Of a DNA stretch of 64,000 bases, positions 1-12,607 are shown in pieces; the stretch's first letter is position 1, and every line of letters begins with the position of its first letter. The notes under the pieces were generated by a model that did not search any database, was not told the DNA's origin, and was given only the letters and a program-made list of their open reading frames with translations. Both the position numbers and the translations under genes were made by a program. Source of the stretch: Ascidiella aspersa (lineage: Eukaryota); contig OZ004610.1 in the NCBI GenBank assembly GCA_963924565.1, forward strand, positions 12,214,001 through 12,278,000. The letters are read 5' to 3'.

Positions 1-1456
1 CCGTTAGTTGAACATGGAATTCTCAACACAATTTCAGCCGCTTTATCATTTTGTTTTAATTGCGGCGTTGGAACGGTGATGTAATTTACTTAAATGCCAC
101 TGGGTGGCCAACAAGAATTGTGCAATTTCCCTGAATGAGGTAATGGCGCATTTGGCAGGCAGGTTGGGACTCGTCTAACCTACACCTTATGGCCCTATGC
201 AAATTTATTGCGACAGCGCCCCATTTGCTTGTTTGCCCAAAATCGCATAACGCAAATTGTTTGATTTAGCGCACGCCCACGTATCGACGCACATGTTGTA
301 ACTGCCTTGTTTTTATTGTTTAATGGTAGTTAAAACAGAATTAATACTTATCGGTAAGTGTCTGGGCGTTAATATCTAGTTTAATTTTTTAACCCCTGTG
401 ATATTTTCTCACGCGAACTTATAAAAACATTAAACCGGCCAAGATCGTATATACTGCGCCATTTGCGACGTTGTAATATTAAAATCAGTTTTATTCAAAC
501 GGCAAAACCGCTGGTCTGTAGGTTCACGTTTGTAACATCGTTTTGTCAGATATTACACCGAATTCGCACCTGATTGCAAAACGCCCTGTATCGCAGCCAA
601 GCCCGTCTGAAACATCTCACATATCTAAATATAGGCGGTGCGTCAGTTTTGAAAAGAAAACAAAGGACTGACGTTTGGTGCTTTGGTATTGAAATCGGGC
701 GAGGGGTTGCGACATCGTATAGCGTGCTGTATGCGATAGTAGAGGCTTTCAGTCGCTTCAAATATGGGCATGTGGGAAATTGTTCCCTGTTGGGGAAACG
801 GTAATGCTGTGACGTCATGTAAGACAGAAAAACTAGTAATGTAAGAATTGGGTTCCACGGTGTATATTAACTTTTGGGAAACATAATGTGTTCAAACTGT
901 GCTTTTGTACATTTAGGCAAGATGAATAAAAAAAAAATTAAACGGAAGATTATTTTCCTCTAAATACGATGTAATATTCTTCACACGGCGTTGGCTTGCC
1001 GAAACGCGCAAATCAACGCAAAAATAGTATACGCTCGAAGAAACTGACAGAAATAGCCGGATAAGTATCTATTTTATCTGACGTCAGCCAAACGCCGCGT
1101 AATAAACGTTTTCGGTCGTGTCGATGTCAGACGTAACAGCGTAATTGGATTGCGAAACTCACGGCCGGGGGCACCGGCGAAACCTCCACGGATCTTTGTG
1201 CATGTTGCGCAACCAGGAATGATCGCCGGCCCTTTATAGGGAAATCATACGCCTGAATTAAACCAAGCCGGCATTACAGCTGCTTTGCAAATTCACGCAT
1301 ATAGGTAAATTTCAAGGGTTGGCACTAGCCCCGTCTGACCTCGTATTCAACCCTATTGTTTAGCAAAGAGCTGTCTACGTTATTCTCGTTAATCCACGAG
1401 ATGATCAAAGTTCACCATCGTCGGTCCGGGGTAGATTGTGGAGCAGAAAAGCACCA

Positions 1457-1497
1457 TTCCAAACAGTGTAACTGCGCCATTTCCAAACAGTGTAACT
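1457..1497. repeat. Short tandem duplication, 17-bp exact unit, period 24
   Basis: TTCCAAACAGTGTAACT at 1457-1473 and 1481-1497. Confidence 0.9.
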
Positions 1498-1515
1498 TTG
1501 CACACACAAAGCTTA

Positions 1516-1571
1516 TAGTTGGTGTCTAAGGCCTTTGTCTATTATTAGTTGTGTAAGGTCTTTGTCTATTA
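1516..1571. repeat. Imperfect tandem duplication, ~30-bp period
   Basis: TAGTTGGTGTCTAAGGCCTTTGTCTATTA (1516-1544) followed by TAGTTGTGTAAGGTCTTTGTCTATTA (1546-1571). Confidence 0.85.
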
Positions 1572-2222
1572 GAAGGTAAACTAATTAAGACTGTATCACC
1601 ACTTTTAGACTATAGAATAAACCTCCAAGAGCGGTTTCAATTCAAAACGAGCATCGCCACAAAAAGCAATACGTTTATTTCGGGGGTAGTTTAAGTTCGT
1701 CGTTCACATAAAGAAACCAGGCCGAGAAGCGCCGAGCTAATGATTAGCGCCTCTCGACCAATCAGAGCGCGAACCGGCCGGCGTGACGCAAAACGCCGGT
1801 CGAAACGCGTTAAGCCTCGGTGTAAGGACGACGTGCCAACTGTCAACACCTGGTCGTAAATAAACAAAGTCCAGAAGCGACGGTTTGTTGATGATTTGCG
1901 ACATGAGAGTCGCGTCCCGAACGGCAACAGGAAAAAGTCTGGTTAAGCGTTTCCGACGCAAAGGCTGCAAACGCACGGTCGGCTTGAAAGGACAGGCAAT
2001 TAACCGCAGCGTGAACTTTTGGCTGAAGGCGACTCTACAGACTTTATCATCCCGGCAAAAAAGCCTGGAACACAACAAAGTGGAAAGAGCGTCAGCACTA
2101 AGCTCACGACGCGGGGAAGCCGGTCGCCATCGATTATTTCGCAACACCCGGTCAGTTGCGAAATAAGGCCTGCTGCTGTGACGCGATACCGGCGTTATTA
2201 CGAAACAGGCGAACAGCTGACG

Positions 2223-2236
2223 GTCGCCGTGGCAAC
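2223..2236. promoter_or_regulatory. Candidate RFX X-box
   Basis: GTCGCCGTGGCAAC fits GTNRCC-N(0-3)-RGYAAC; the flanks extend the near-palindrome (CGGTCGCCGTGGCAACCG). Confidence 0.4.
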
Positions 2237-2372
2237 CGAGCCGGGCGGCACTTGTTTGGTCATCAAGAAGGGCTCGCGATTGCTCGGCGGTGTTTTTTCT
2301 GGGACGATCGAGTTGTTGAAGTAACGCCAATAAGAATGCGGATAAAACGCTTAAAACTCGGGTGTTTTTTGA

Positions 2373-2779
2373 TAGCATTGTAAACAAGCCATTTTGAAGT
2401 TACAAAGTCCAAGTGTCTTTTGCAAATATAACAAGTCATCAGTTGCCCAAGTATAGTCCCTGTCAAGTCATTATTAAAAGAAGTCAACTTCAAGCCAAGT
2501 TATTGACATAAAAATAAAACGTTAAATTAATAAAATTGAAAAAATCGTCTGAACATGAGCAATAACCCAAATAAAAATAACAAAAATGCAATATTCAGCA
2601 TGAATATTGTTTTACGTAGAAAAATTAGGACAAATCACCCAATTTTATTAAACAATTTCCAATGAAAACACCTTATTTTAACCAAAATATTTGACAAATG
2701 ACTTAAGTCCAAATCAATTCATTTGTCCATAAGACTTCAAGTCAAGCATTTAGGTCAAAGGCTTATCATTAAAAAACTG
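2373..2779 (+). mobile_element. Old dispersed repeat (MITE-like, CAAGTC subterminal repeats), copy A
   Basis: Colinear similarity to the reverse complement of ~50516-50952: TAGCATTGTAAACAAGCCATTTTGAA vs TAGTGCTCTAAACAAGTTATTTTGAA; CAAGTTATTGACATAAAAATAAAACGTTAA vs CAAGTTATTGACATCAAAATCAAATGTTAA; AAGACTTCAAGTCAAG vs AAGACTTAAGTCAGG. Right boundary approximate. Confidence 0.65.
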
Positions 2780-5700
2780 CTGTTTGTCGTTTCATTCCAA
2801 CCGTTTCGCCAAATCCCTACGTACGACAATACCTTGAACGAGGCTGTAAAACAGCCGGGCGAAAGATCTAATTTGAGCAGTTTCCCGTGAAACGAAAAAC
2901 ACGTTCTACGAGTTGAATGATAAGAATGGTGTTTTTTAAACGAGTGCGTTTACCTTAAATGAAAATGGAAGAAAGAATTTAATAACTGCCCTGAAACAAC
3001 ATCGAACTGCATTAGGCGCAACGCACTCTTTTTGTGATAAATTAATTATAATATATTGTTTTTGCTCGTCTTCCAGCTACGGATTCTTTCCGGCCTAATG
3101 TATTTTAATCAAGAGACGCGTGGAGTTGTGACTAAGGGGGCGTAGAAATTTCGAAATCAACTGGATAAAAATAGAGCGTTTCTCCTCAACAATGCAGAGC
3201 GTGCGCACTATACGGCGTACAGCTGATTACAGGATCACTTACGCAGAAGTGTATGTAGCTAAGAATACAAGTGGGCTGTGGTAAAATACTTCGAAGCACA
3301 CAACAGGCTCTACGAGTGCTATATAAATAAAATGTTTGCATTTACGTAACAACATTCGAAACAATGATTTAAAAAAAGAGAAAACCAGGTTTGCGGTAAC
3401 AAGAACTCATATGTGACAGCTTGTCGATGATGATTCGGTTGTCCACCTTTATCATTACAGGAAGTAATCAACGCGACCGACCGCTAGGTTTTAAAGTGAC
3501 GATCCAGCATGACAGGCCGCTCAACCCCTGGCAACGTGGCCATCGTTAAAACACGCGGTACAATGGCTGCGACACGTAGGATTTCCCGCTGTTTAACGGG
3601 TGTTTGCGTCCACGATTGTAGAAGATACGTGGCAGTGACAAAACACGTTCATCACAAGACAAGGCGTGGTCGTTTTGGTGAGCGTTTAACGTTTTTTTGG
3701 GCGTTTTATGCTTATATCTACATCTCTTAGTAATAGCAAAAATCCGAAAACAGCATCCGTAGAGTTGCTACCCAATCTCGGTTAACTATTTGCGGAAAAA
3801 AATATACACATACGGTGATATCCACAAGTGGAAAATATCCACATGCGCTGTGTGACAGGGCCGGGAAGACTTTCATCGATATCAAAAGGAGAACTTGGCA
3901 ACTCGTGCAACATGAACTTTCCCACGTCGTGTATTTATGGCGCATGGAAAACGCCAGCCGGTGCACGTAGCCTTGCGTTTTGTCGAGGAACGTTACGCAA
4001 ACCTATCAACCCACATAAATGGCAAACACAACAGGCTCTGAAGCGGACTTTAATCCACTTCTGGCACGTGCAGCGGGACACGTATTAGTGTAACAAAGAG
4101 ACAGGCGTCATTGTTTTATGCAAAAAGGTAAAACGCCTTCAAACTTAATAGACACGTGTTTTTATAGCTCACTCAAGGTTCTATGTATTTGTTTAATCAA
4201 GTAAATAGTAGAAGAGACACACACCGGCTAAAGTAATTTTATAAACCGCTTTTCTAAACCAACGTTGCACATTAAACACAACAACCACGATAATTTATGA
4301 CAACACTGAAGCTAAACCAAAAGCCAAGTTTCGAAACGACGTGAAGTTCAGCGACATACGACCATCATTGACAAACAGGAAAACCGGTGGGAAACAGGTA
4401 ATTGGTCTCCGTCGCTCAAAATAATTAAGGTGCCGCTAGGATTTGTATTAGAGAGAGCTTTCGTGGGGCGTCGCGACGCGGGCAGCTATTTTCGCGACGC
4501 CGGTTATTGCGAAACACTGAATGGACGTGACGTCACGTAAGGGCAGCCTCGGAAACCGGTTGAACGAGTCAAGCCGAGCCGAGCCGGGTCGACTGGCGGT
4601 TACCACACGACGGAACTACTGTTTCACAACAATTTCGTCACCCAGTTGATGTGACGAAATACCTTGACGGTTTACGGGAGTTTTTCGAAATAAGCGTTCG
4701 CTGCAGAAAGACTGGGAAATCGTCGCGACAGAAACGCAGTGGTCCTGAACGTTTAGGGGAAAGCACGTTTCGTTTTTTCGTGCGGTTGGAAAAATCTCGC
4801 CGAAGTTCCGTTTACTTGGCACATGCAAATCGCACTGCTGCGCTGTAGTCGTAGGCCAATGGACATTGCCGTGTTGACATTTTGACAATAAGTTTCTAAC
4901 CGCGCAATAACACTGCAGTTTCTCATTAGGTACCAAATACAAACAAACCACGGCATCACGTTCGGTTCGATGCGGTTACCAGTACAATTGAAACGTTTCG
5001 GTAGGATATTAAATTAAGTATAAATATCTGTATAGTCGGTTTTTAGAATAGACAAAATAAATAATACCAAATGACTGGGTTTGTGGTGCAGTATCTCCTA
5101 CAGTTCTCAGTTCACCATTTTCAAATAAGGTTCTGAACTGATATTGAACCAAGACGCGCGTGCCGTAACAGCAGTGGAGGAGCATCGACCCGCCGACATT
5201 GATCAGAAACGTGGAGGAGCGCGCCCACGCCGGGCAGAAGTAATAATCCGCTCCAATAAAAAGACATATCGATTCGGTTCCTAATCAAGGCGGCAATTGA
5301 CAAGCACACAAGGACAACCGAGTGCCATGAATAAGTAATAAACGCGCCCGAGTCCACGCAACGGCATTAAAACAGATTTACTTCGACGTGTTAGCGGCCG
5401 CGTGAGCTATTTGCATAACCCACTTGCGTTTCCTTTTGTCCACCAACGCTCAGGGAGCTACACACCTAGAAAACACGCAGATCCGGATTCACGACAGACA
5501 AAGTGGACACGTTAGGCAAGAGTGGTAAGTAAATTTTAGTTGTGAAAGAAAAAAACGATTAGGCCTGCTGGAGAAAAAACACCCACGAACAAAAGGTGAC
5601 ATCTTTATTTTGTGCAGCACTTCGGAACAAAATCTAGCGACAACAGAGATTCGCGTAAAGAAAATCGTTTGAATGGCGACTGTTTCGTTTAAATTTTAAC

Positions 5701-6509
5701 AAATTATTACAGACCCAACGAAAGCTATCTTTGTTGGCAATCGCATAAATTAAACCAACATACGTCTACCACCCCGAAAAATATACAGAAACACGATTTG
5801 GACGACCTCACTGACGAGCTGCTGTTTTTTTCTTTGCAGTTTACGTGAAACTTATTTCGAAGCATTGGTGTAAATTGACCAACAGACAATACGATCAGCG
5901 GCGGCCTCGGGAGACACAGGATTTCGCAATAACGCTTTTCCCACAGCCGACGCCACCACGACAAGGGTCTCCTCTTACTCGCAAAAAGCCGGCGTGCGCG
6001 TGTAGACGCCGTTAGTGCGGAAATTTCGCAACACATCGGAACGCCGATAATTCTCGGCTGATGCCGGGGTCTGGTGTAAATTGTGGCTAGAAACAGTATT
6101 GCGCAAGTCGGGAAGAAAGTGTGGCTATCACTATACGCCTATTTCACGCCCGTGCATTTTTTACGCAATCCGCCGGCCACATTGCGTCACCGATGAGTTT
6201 TGGGCGAACTAAGCACACACCTAAGGGAGGCAACAATAGACGTGTAGTTTGATTTCTTTACAAAAGGCGAATTGTGCGCAGCATACGCCGACATTTCAGT
6301 TTTGATTGCGTCGAAAAGTCATTCGAGCGGAAAAAAGAAACACTGGGCGTCGAAGACCGCCCAAACTAAAGCAGATTGTGCCATTATGGGGAAAATATTG
6401 CGTCATTTGTTAATTAAAATTTATAATTGGCGGAAGCCATAGCAAACGTCATTTATAATGATGTTTTTGCGTTAATTACTGATACATCGTTTTGTAAAAC
6501 CTGCTGCGT

Positions 6510-6547
6510 GTTGTGATATATCACAATAGTTGTGATATATCACAATA
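6510..6547. repeat. Exact tandem duplication of a 19-bp unit containing a perfect 16-bp palindrome
   Basis: GTTGTGATATATCACAATA x2; the core TTGTGATATATCACAA is its own reverse complement (6511-6526 and 6530-6545). Confidence 0.95.
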
Positions 6548-9500
6548 ACAGGAGGTAGTAAAAATACCATTAAACCTTTCCTTGAAAACCCTAAATCAAA
6601 AACAAACCCTTGGCTTTGTCCAATATTAACACTCTTTTAAGTCTGCATAATTTTGGAACACTTTTAAACAAAGCGGCTTGATTAGAAGAGTGCTTTATAA
6701 AAGTTCGTTTTCTAAGCAAACCAGTTAAGCAGCTGTCCTTGAAATGGCAAGACAGCAGCAATAAAATCGATCTCTTTGGCTCCCGACAGTCGCCTTAGAA
6801 GCAATTTGACTAGGCCTAGGTAGGTTACTAATGAAGGCGGACTATATGGCTCTTAAGGTGAACTGCTTACTGTTTGACTTGGTACAATTCTATAAGCTTA
6901 TTGCTTACTTATTGCCGTGTTTTTATTATGCCTTTCAAAACATGGCTTAGTAGAATGTTACCCTTTGCAATACAGCTACGCAATAAGCATTGGCATTAAT
7001 ATATTTTTATAAGTTCCACCTTGAATAAACGACACGACTTGCAAGACAATGATTTCACGTGAAGATTTTTATACGAGATTAATTTGCAGCAGTCACTGAG
7101 CCGCTTCAGTCCAAAGACGATAGTCTGATTGAAATAAAATCTTAACAAAAACACACACAATTTGATGGACGTTAATGTTACGTGCAAGTCTAGATTTCCA
7201 AACGGGATTGATTCACAGCAGCACACTGGCCTGTTGTTGAGGTGACCGAGCCGTGCGCTGAATAATTTAAACTTCACCGGCCGGCCGAAACTGGTTAAAT
7301 CCGGATTCTCCGCAGCGCCGCAAATTGCCCGGCGGTAAATGTCACCTGATCAGCGGACGAGCAGCCAAGATAAGGAAGCACTGTAAACAAGGCATCTAAG
7401 TGCGACTGCAGTAAAAGTACAAGCCTTTGACCCAAATAGCCAGTTCGCTAACAAAGTGCGAATGTGCGACTTATCCGGAAAGAAATCGCTGTACACGATC
7501 AGGCAGGAACAGATGACATTTCAACAAAACGAGATGGACCTTTCGGGTGCCTGCATTTATGAAGGGGAAAGTTACCAGAACCGCGTGTGTCACGTTCTTC
7601 GAAAGCAATCGTCTAACAATACAAGGTTTCTTATGAACCGAAAAGGGCTAAAAATCAAAGAAAGGGCAGTCAGATGTTTCCAGGGAATCGCCTAGGGAAC
7701 GTTGCGAAAACATACTTGGGCAGTTTCTGCTCACTTCATAACCTAAGATGAGGGTAAAGCTCCTCGTATTTCTTACATTTGTTGTTTCATTAAAAAACAT
7801 AAATCAAACAAATAGGAAGTGATCGATATGGTGCTGTTATTATTTAAACACGGGTCCGCTGGAAATAGAGCAACAACCGAAATGCTGTGTAAATCTTTTG
7901 TTCAGTTATTTACATCTTTATTTATACGAGAATAGGTCTGCGTGTGCACGAGAGGGAAAGATGGAAAGAAAAAGTAGGCGAAATCAATGCGAATTTGTAG
8001 TGGTGGGCTTCCTCGCCTCGCTAAAATGGAAAGAAAATCGATAGAAGGTCGATACCAGCAGGGAACACCAGTACAATACCAGTCCTAGGGACTGAAATAA
8101 CAAAAAATCTGCTGGCTACTGCGGGGGCTACAGTCTGCCAACATTTTCACACCCTAACTTTTATAAAATCGATGGAAAATAGAAATAGACAGCTCAATGC
8201 TCATGCAACTGCCTCATAATTTGATAAATCGCACATAAAAAACAAAGGAAAAAGTTTGCAATTTTTTAAGTTGAAATGACACTGTGACAGGGGAAAAGGT
8301 GTATTATCCTGGGGTGTTTGCGAGTAAAACACTCATCTTCTCTCGCTAATGGCTCGCACCCGCTTCACCCTTACGAGGATCGAAGCTCGGCTTACCTCGT
8401 AAACAACTAGCAGACTGTCTATTTCTGCCAATTTCGAGTGGGGTTTTGTTTTTCACGGGGCGCCACGGGTCTCTGCCTCGCGTTGGTTGCAAATGACAAC
8501 TTTTCTGAACTGCTTCGGCACTATGGTGCTTTTGTTTTGATGATGGGTATTTGTTGTGGCGAAGATTTTACTCTTAGCTCTTGGAAAGACTATCCCCAAA
8601 GCGGATGTCGACTTCTCTATTTGGTTTGAGGCAATGATAATAATGTATAAATAACGAATAAAACTAAACTTAAAAACAATTTTATACAAAAACGACATTG
8701 TTCTACTTTCTATGCATATCAGGTAAAATTTAATTTAGTTATGTAAAACAGTCAGGCGCAAATAATTAAATAGACTTTGAGAAAAGGCTTTTACATACTT
8801 TGCCTTGAATGTTTTTAATTTTTTCGGTCTAATGTAGCGTTTTACGAAGTTTATTACAACATACAGTTTCAAAAAACAGGAATGATTCGATTTCACTATG
8901 ATTCGTGAATATTGGGGCAGCATCTAAATAGGCTAATTTATGCCTGTGATCATATTGGACAAGTAGGTCAGGCTGGCTGCGTTCTGTGAAACAAAACATT
9001 ATCTCCCGCAAGTGCAAAACAATTTTTGGACGAAAAACATCCAGGTGTTCGTAGACAAAGTTTCAGTTGCAGTTCCCCTTGTTGAAAGGAAGTACCAGCG
9101 TGGAGGACACCGGGATTTAGCGGTTGCCTTCGACCAAACCCATTTGCAAAGAAACACACCAGAAGTCGTCTATTTTGGGGACGGATTTGACGGTATATGC
9201 CCGGCACCACAGACACGGCGAAAACAAGGGCCACTGTTGTTTTTCACCAAGACAAGATGAGGTCGATATCATCTGCGGCTTTTCTCGTCCTTCCACGAAT
9301 GACACAAGAACGGGTCGATTTTATATCGCTGATAGGTTTGTTTTATCTATGCACATTGCACCTTGGGCCTCGGCGCCCACGCGATTTCTGCAACACGTGC
9401 ACTGCAAAATCGATAGTCTCATTCCCCGGAGAGTTTATTATGCAAATAAATTCAATGACTTTGCCGGAAGGGATCGATACACTTCCTGCAACGAGACCCT

Positions 9501-12252
9501 GGTTTGCGGCATGCTACTCCTTCAGCAAGAGAAGGCGACCTTTTCCCAATTTGATAAACCTCGCGTAACACGAGTGGCGGTGAGTCATCGCGTAATTGAC
9601 CGGCTTACACAGCGGTGCATTGAAAGCTGCACAATCTTAGGCAGTTTCCGGCAATTCCGGCCCCACTTGAGCGAAATAAATGAACTGTGAACGGATTTTT
9701 TGCTGAATAGAAAATGCAAAGTTGTTCTGTCTTATGCGCCGCTTTATTCACCGAGCGATTTTTCTCCCTGAGGGTAAAAAGAGAAATTGCGCTTATTGAA
9801 AAATTGCACGACAATTTCGACAATCTTGGTCAATCATGGCTTGTTTAAGACAGCAGTTGGGCATAAATAGTTTGTTTTCAGGTTAGGATAAAAGTTAAGT
9901 AGACTTGAAAGTTCTATTTTTGTCCAAAAAGTGGGGTATAAAAAGACTACTCCGTTGTTGCCTGATCTGTTGCGACCAAAACGTAATAAACACGCGTTAA
10001 AATAACATCTGTGCAATCTTTGTTTACAAGGGGCAGAAAGCACGAACCGTGTTGGAGGTTTTAATCTACAGCCCATTTCGTCAGAAAGAACAAGAATTAA
10101 ACGAAAAATTAACCAGCTTTTGTATTTCTACTAACTAGATGATCTTATTGTTTAAAATCAGATTTAAAATACAACAGTCAAATAAAAATGTTGCGACCCA
10201 TCAGAGCCAAAAACCTGCATGACTTTGCAGGACCACGGATCGAAGAAGACTTGTTTGCAGTGTTAGCAGTTGCAGCAAAACAGGTCGTTTAAAAATCGGC
10301 TGGCGCCAGAGCCATTAAAATCGTGCCGGATTGCAAAATTGGTGCCGCCTCGCCATTAGCGGTTTCGCCAAAAGGCCAAGACATCCCCAGCAAGAGGGTT
10401 CAATCCTGATAAGCAGGTGCGGTAGAGCGCGGCCTCGTCGCAAAGCACTTCATTTCAGCTCCAAATCTAGTTGCTGAAAACGGCCTCAGAATTGGACAGT
10501 TTACAAGGGCAGTTAAAAAGCGGCCGGCGCAATTGGTGTCTTGCATCTTTTGGATTTCCACGAATATGACATAGGAAACGACTTAAAGCAGCATACAAAC
10601 TGGACTACAAAACCACTGAAATCGAACATACGGCGGTAAAGAAGAACGGGCCGTGGCCCTCTCTGAGACATAACAAAGGCGCTGGCTTTCAGACGGGGCG
10701 TCTGTGGACCGCCTTGAGCCAACCGCAGCATCACTTGCAGCCTTTCCAGCGCCTAGTTTGCGGTGGGAGGGCCGTTTCAGCGAGAGGTCGACGCCGGCAG
10801 AGCGAGGCCGACGAGGGTTTTTGTGGGCTCCTCGCTCGCGTTTGACCCTTGAAATGACACCGGCTTAGAGGAGGTCGTCGCTTCGGTGCCTGTCGAAAGT
10901 GAGCGCGGATCCATTGAATCAGTCGATGGCGTTCGAAGATCGACATCGAATCGGGCGATTAACCGGCATTCAGGTGCGCAGCAAGCAAAAAAACCTGCAG
11001 CTCGCCAGCATTGAAATTGGAAAGGGCAGTGCGGTGGCTTTAACTTTATTTGACCTCCACTTTGCCTTCGGAAAAAATTAAACTCCAGTAAGGCACCGAA
11101 AGGTTTACTTTGTAATATGAATTAGAAATACACAATTATTTAACCTATTCGAATTCTAAGCAATGTTGTTTCAAGTTTTTCAGTGCTTGATGCCGTTGAT
11201 CTACATTTATTTTTTGCGAGCACAAGGTTATGTTGATCACCATCACTGGTAAAGTGTTTAATAAAAGGATGTATCATTTGTTGTTATTAAGTCACGCTTA
11301 AGCTTGTTTGTAGTCAAACTGTATACTTTTTGCACTTGATGTACTTTTAACCGGTTGAGCCTCGTCGATTACAAGGCACATACGCAGACATTTCAACGTA
11401 TTGAACCACGAAAATGACTAAGAAAATGCTATATTAAAATACGTTAAAATTTAGTCCGAAAACAAGTGTAAACTCAACGAAGCAGCATCCTACTCGCTTA
11501 AAGTTCTTCCTTCGTTCAGTGTCGACAAAGGGTGAAGGGATATACGCAGGCGATGGGCAATTCCTCTCACCTGTTGGCGACGTTCAGTCTTTCTGTGCAG
11601 GTACACCCCATCAATCACCGGTAGCGGCTGTCACCAGATACATAATTTAGTGCACGGTAGGCTTAAAAGTTTGCAGGATGTTTGTGTAGCTTTTGAACGA
11701 GCGTCAACTTTACTGCGGGGCCATGAGTTTCGGTTTAGAGTGCAAAAAAGGCAGGCTGCTGTAAAACATACCTAAAGAAAGTGTCACTTCATAAAGTGCT
11801 ATCTTGGCAAAGTTGAAAAGTGCCTCTTGGCAAAGTTTCAGTTTGTAATTGTTAGGACCGACACAGATAAGAAAGTAATTTTCATTTGTTAAAACTGAAA
11901 ACCTTGATTGAGACACCGCAATCATAATAAGGGCATTTTTAGCGAAAAACGCTAAATGTGCTGTGGATTAGATCAATGAACGACATACATGTGTTTCATA
12001 TTAAAAAACATGACACATTCAAGGGTGAAATGGCTTCAGGTCGAAAAAACACAAGAAACACATATTGTGTGACGTTGCCTGTTTCTGTTTTATAGCCAAA
12101 AGATCTGGTTTACCTGTTTTGGTTTAACGCAGCGTTCGCTGGCTAAGGATTAAATCAAAGGTATTTGTGGGCAACAATGCCGACTGCCGCGATTCTTGGT
12201 AAGGCGGCGTCAAGCCGGCCACAACAATGACGCCATCATTAATGTGGTACGG

Positions 12253-12287
12253 GCGTGTGTGCGTGTGCGTGTGCGTATGTGTGTGTG
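12253..12287. repeat. (GT)/(GCGTGT) microsatellite, alternating purine-pyrimidine tract
   Basis: GCGTGTGTGCGTGTGCGTGTGCGTATGTGTGTGTG, 35 nt of strict R/Y alternation. Confidence 0.9.
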
Positions 12288-12583
12288 ACGGATTGGTCGA
12301 CATGGCAGCAAAAACAACGTATAAAAACGCAGCAGCTAATTTCGACTTGGTTTTAACGAGATAGCGTTCTGACGAAACATCGCAAACCTAGAGTTCCAGC
12401 AAGCGCGTCGGCACACCTGTCAATCAAGCAGCGCTGATGCATAGGTGCGCTTCCTGGACAACACTAACAAGCGCCTTGGCGACGTCACATACGCCATCAA
12501 CAGCGGGTCATTCAGTGCACGGGTATTACGGTTTGCATGCGGGCGGCAGGATGCAGTGAGTGATGTGCCGTCGTCACAACCGC

Positions 12584-12607
12584 CATCATCATCACCATCA
12601 CCATCAC
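12584..12607. repeat. (CAY)8 trinucleotide microsatellite
   Basis: CAT CAT CAT CAC CAT CAC CAT CAC; its 3' end runs into a TCACGTGA palindrome (12604-12611). Confidence 0.85.

Noticed and set aside
6511-6545. Resemblance of TGTGA...TCACA to bacterial CRP/Rex operators
   Set aside because: The spacer is 4 nt rather than 6, and the context is eukaryotic non-coding DNA with no operon.
9012-9260. VVYFGDGFDGICP in the 82-aa ORF resembles the HAD/PHOSPHO-type motif (IYIGDGxNDxCP)
   Set aside because: The conserved N-D position is not matched, no other HAD motif is nearby, the ORF has no ATG start, and no convincing splice sites bound it. A BLASTX hit would be needed.
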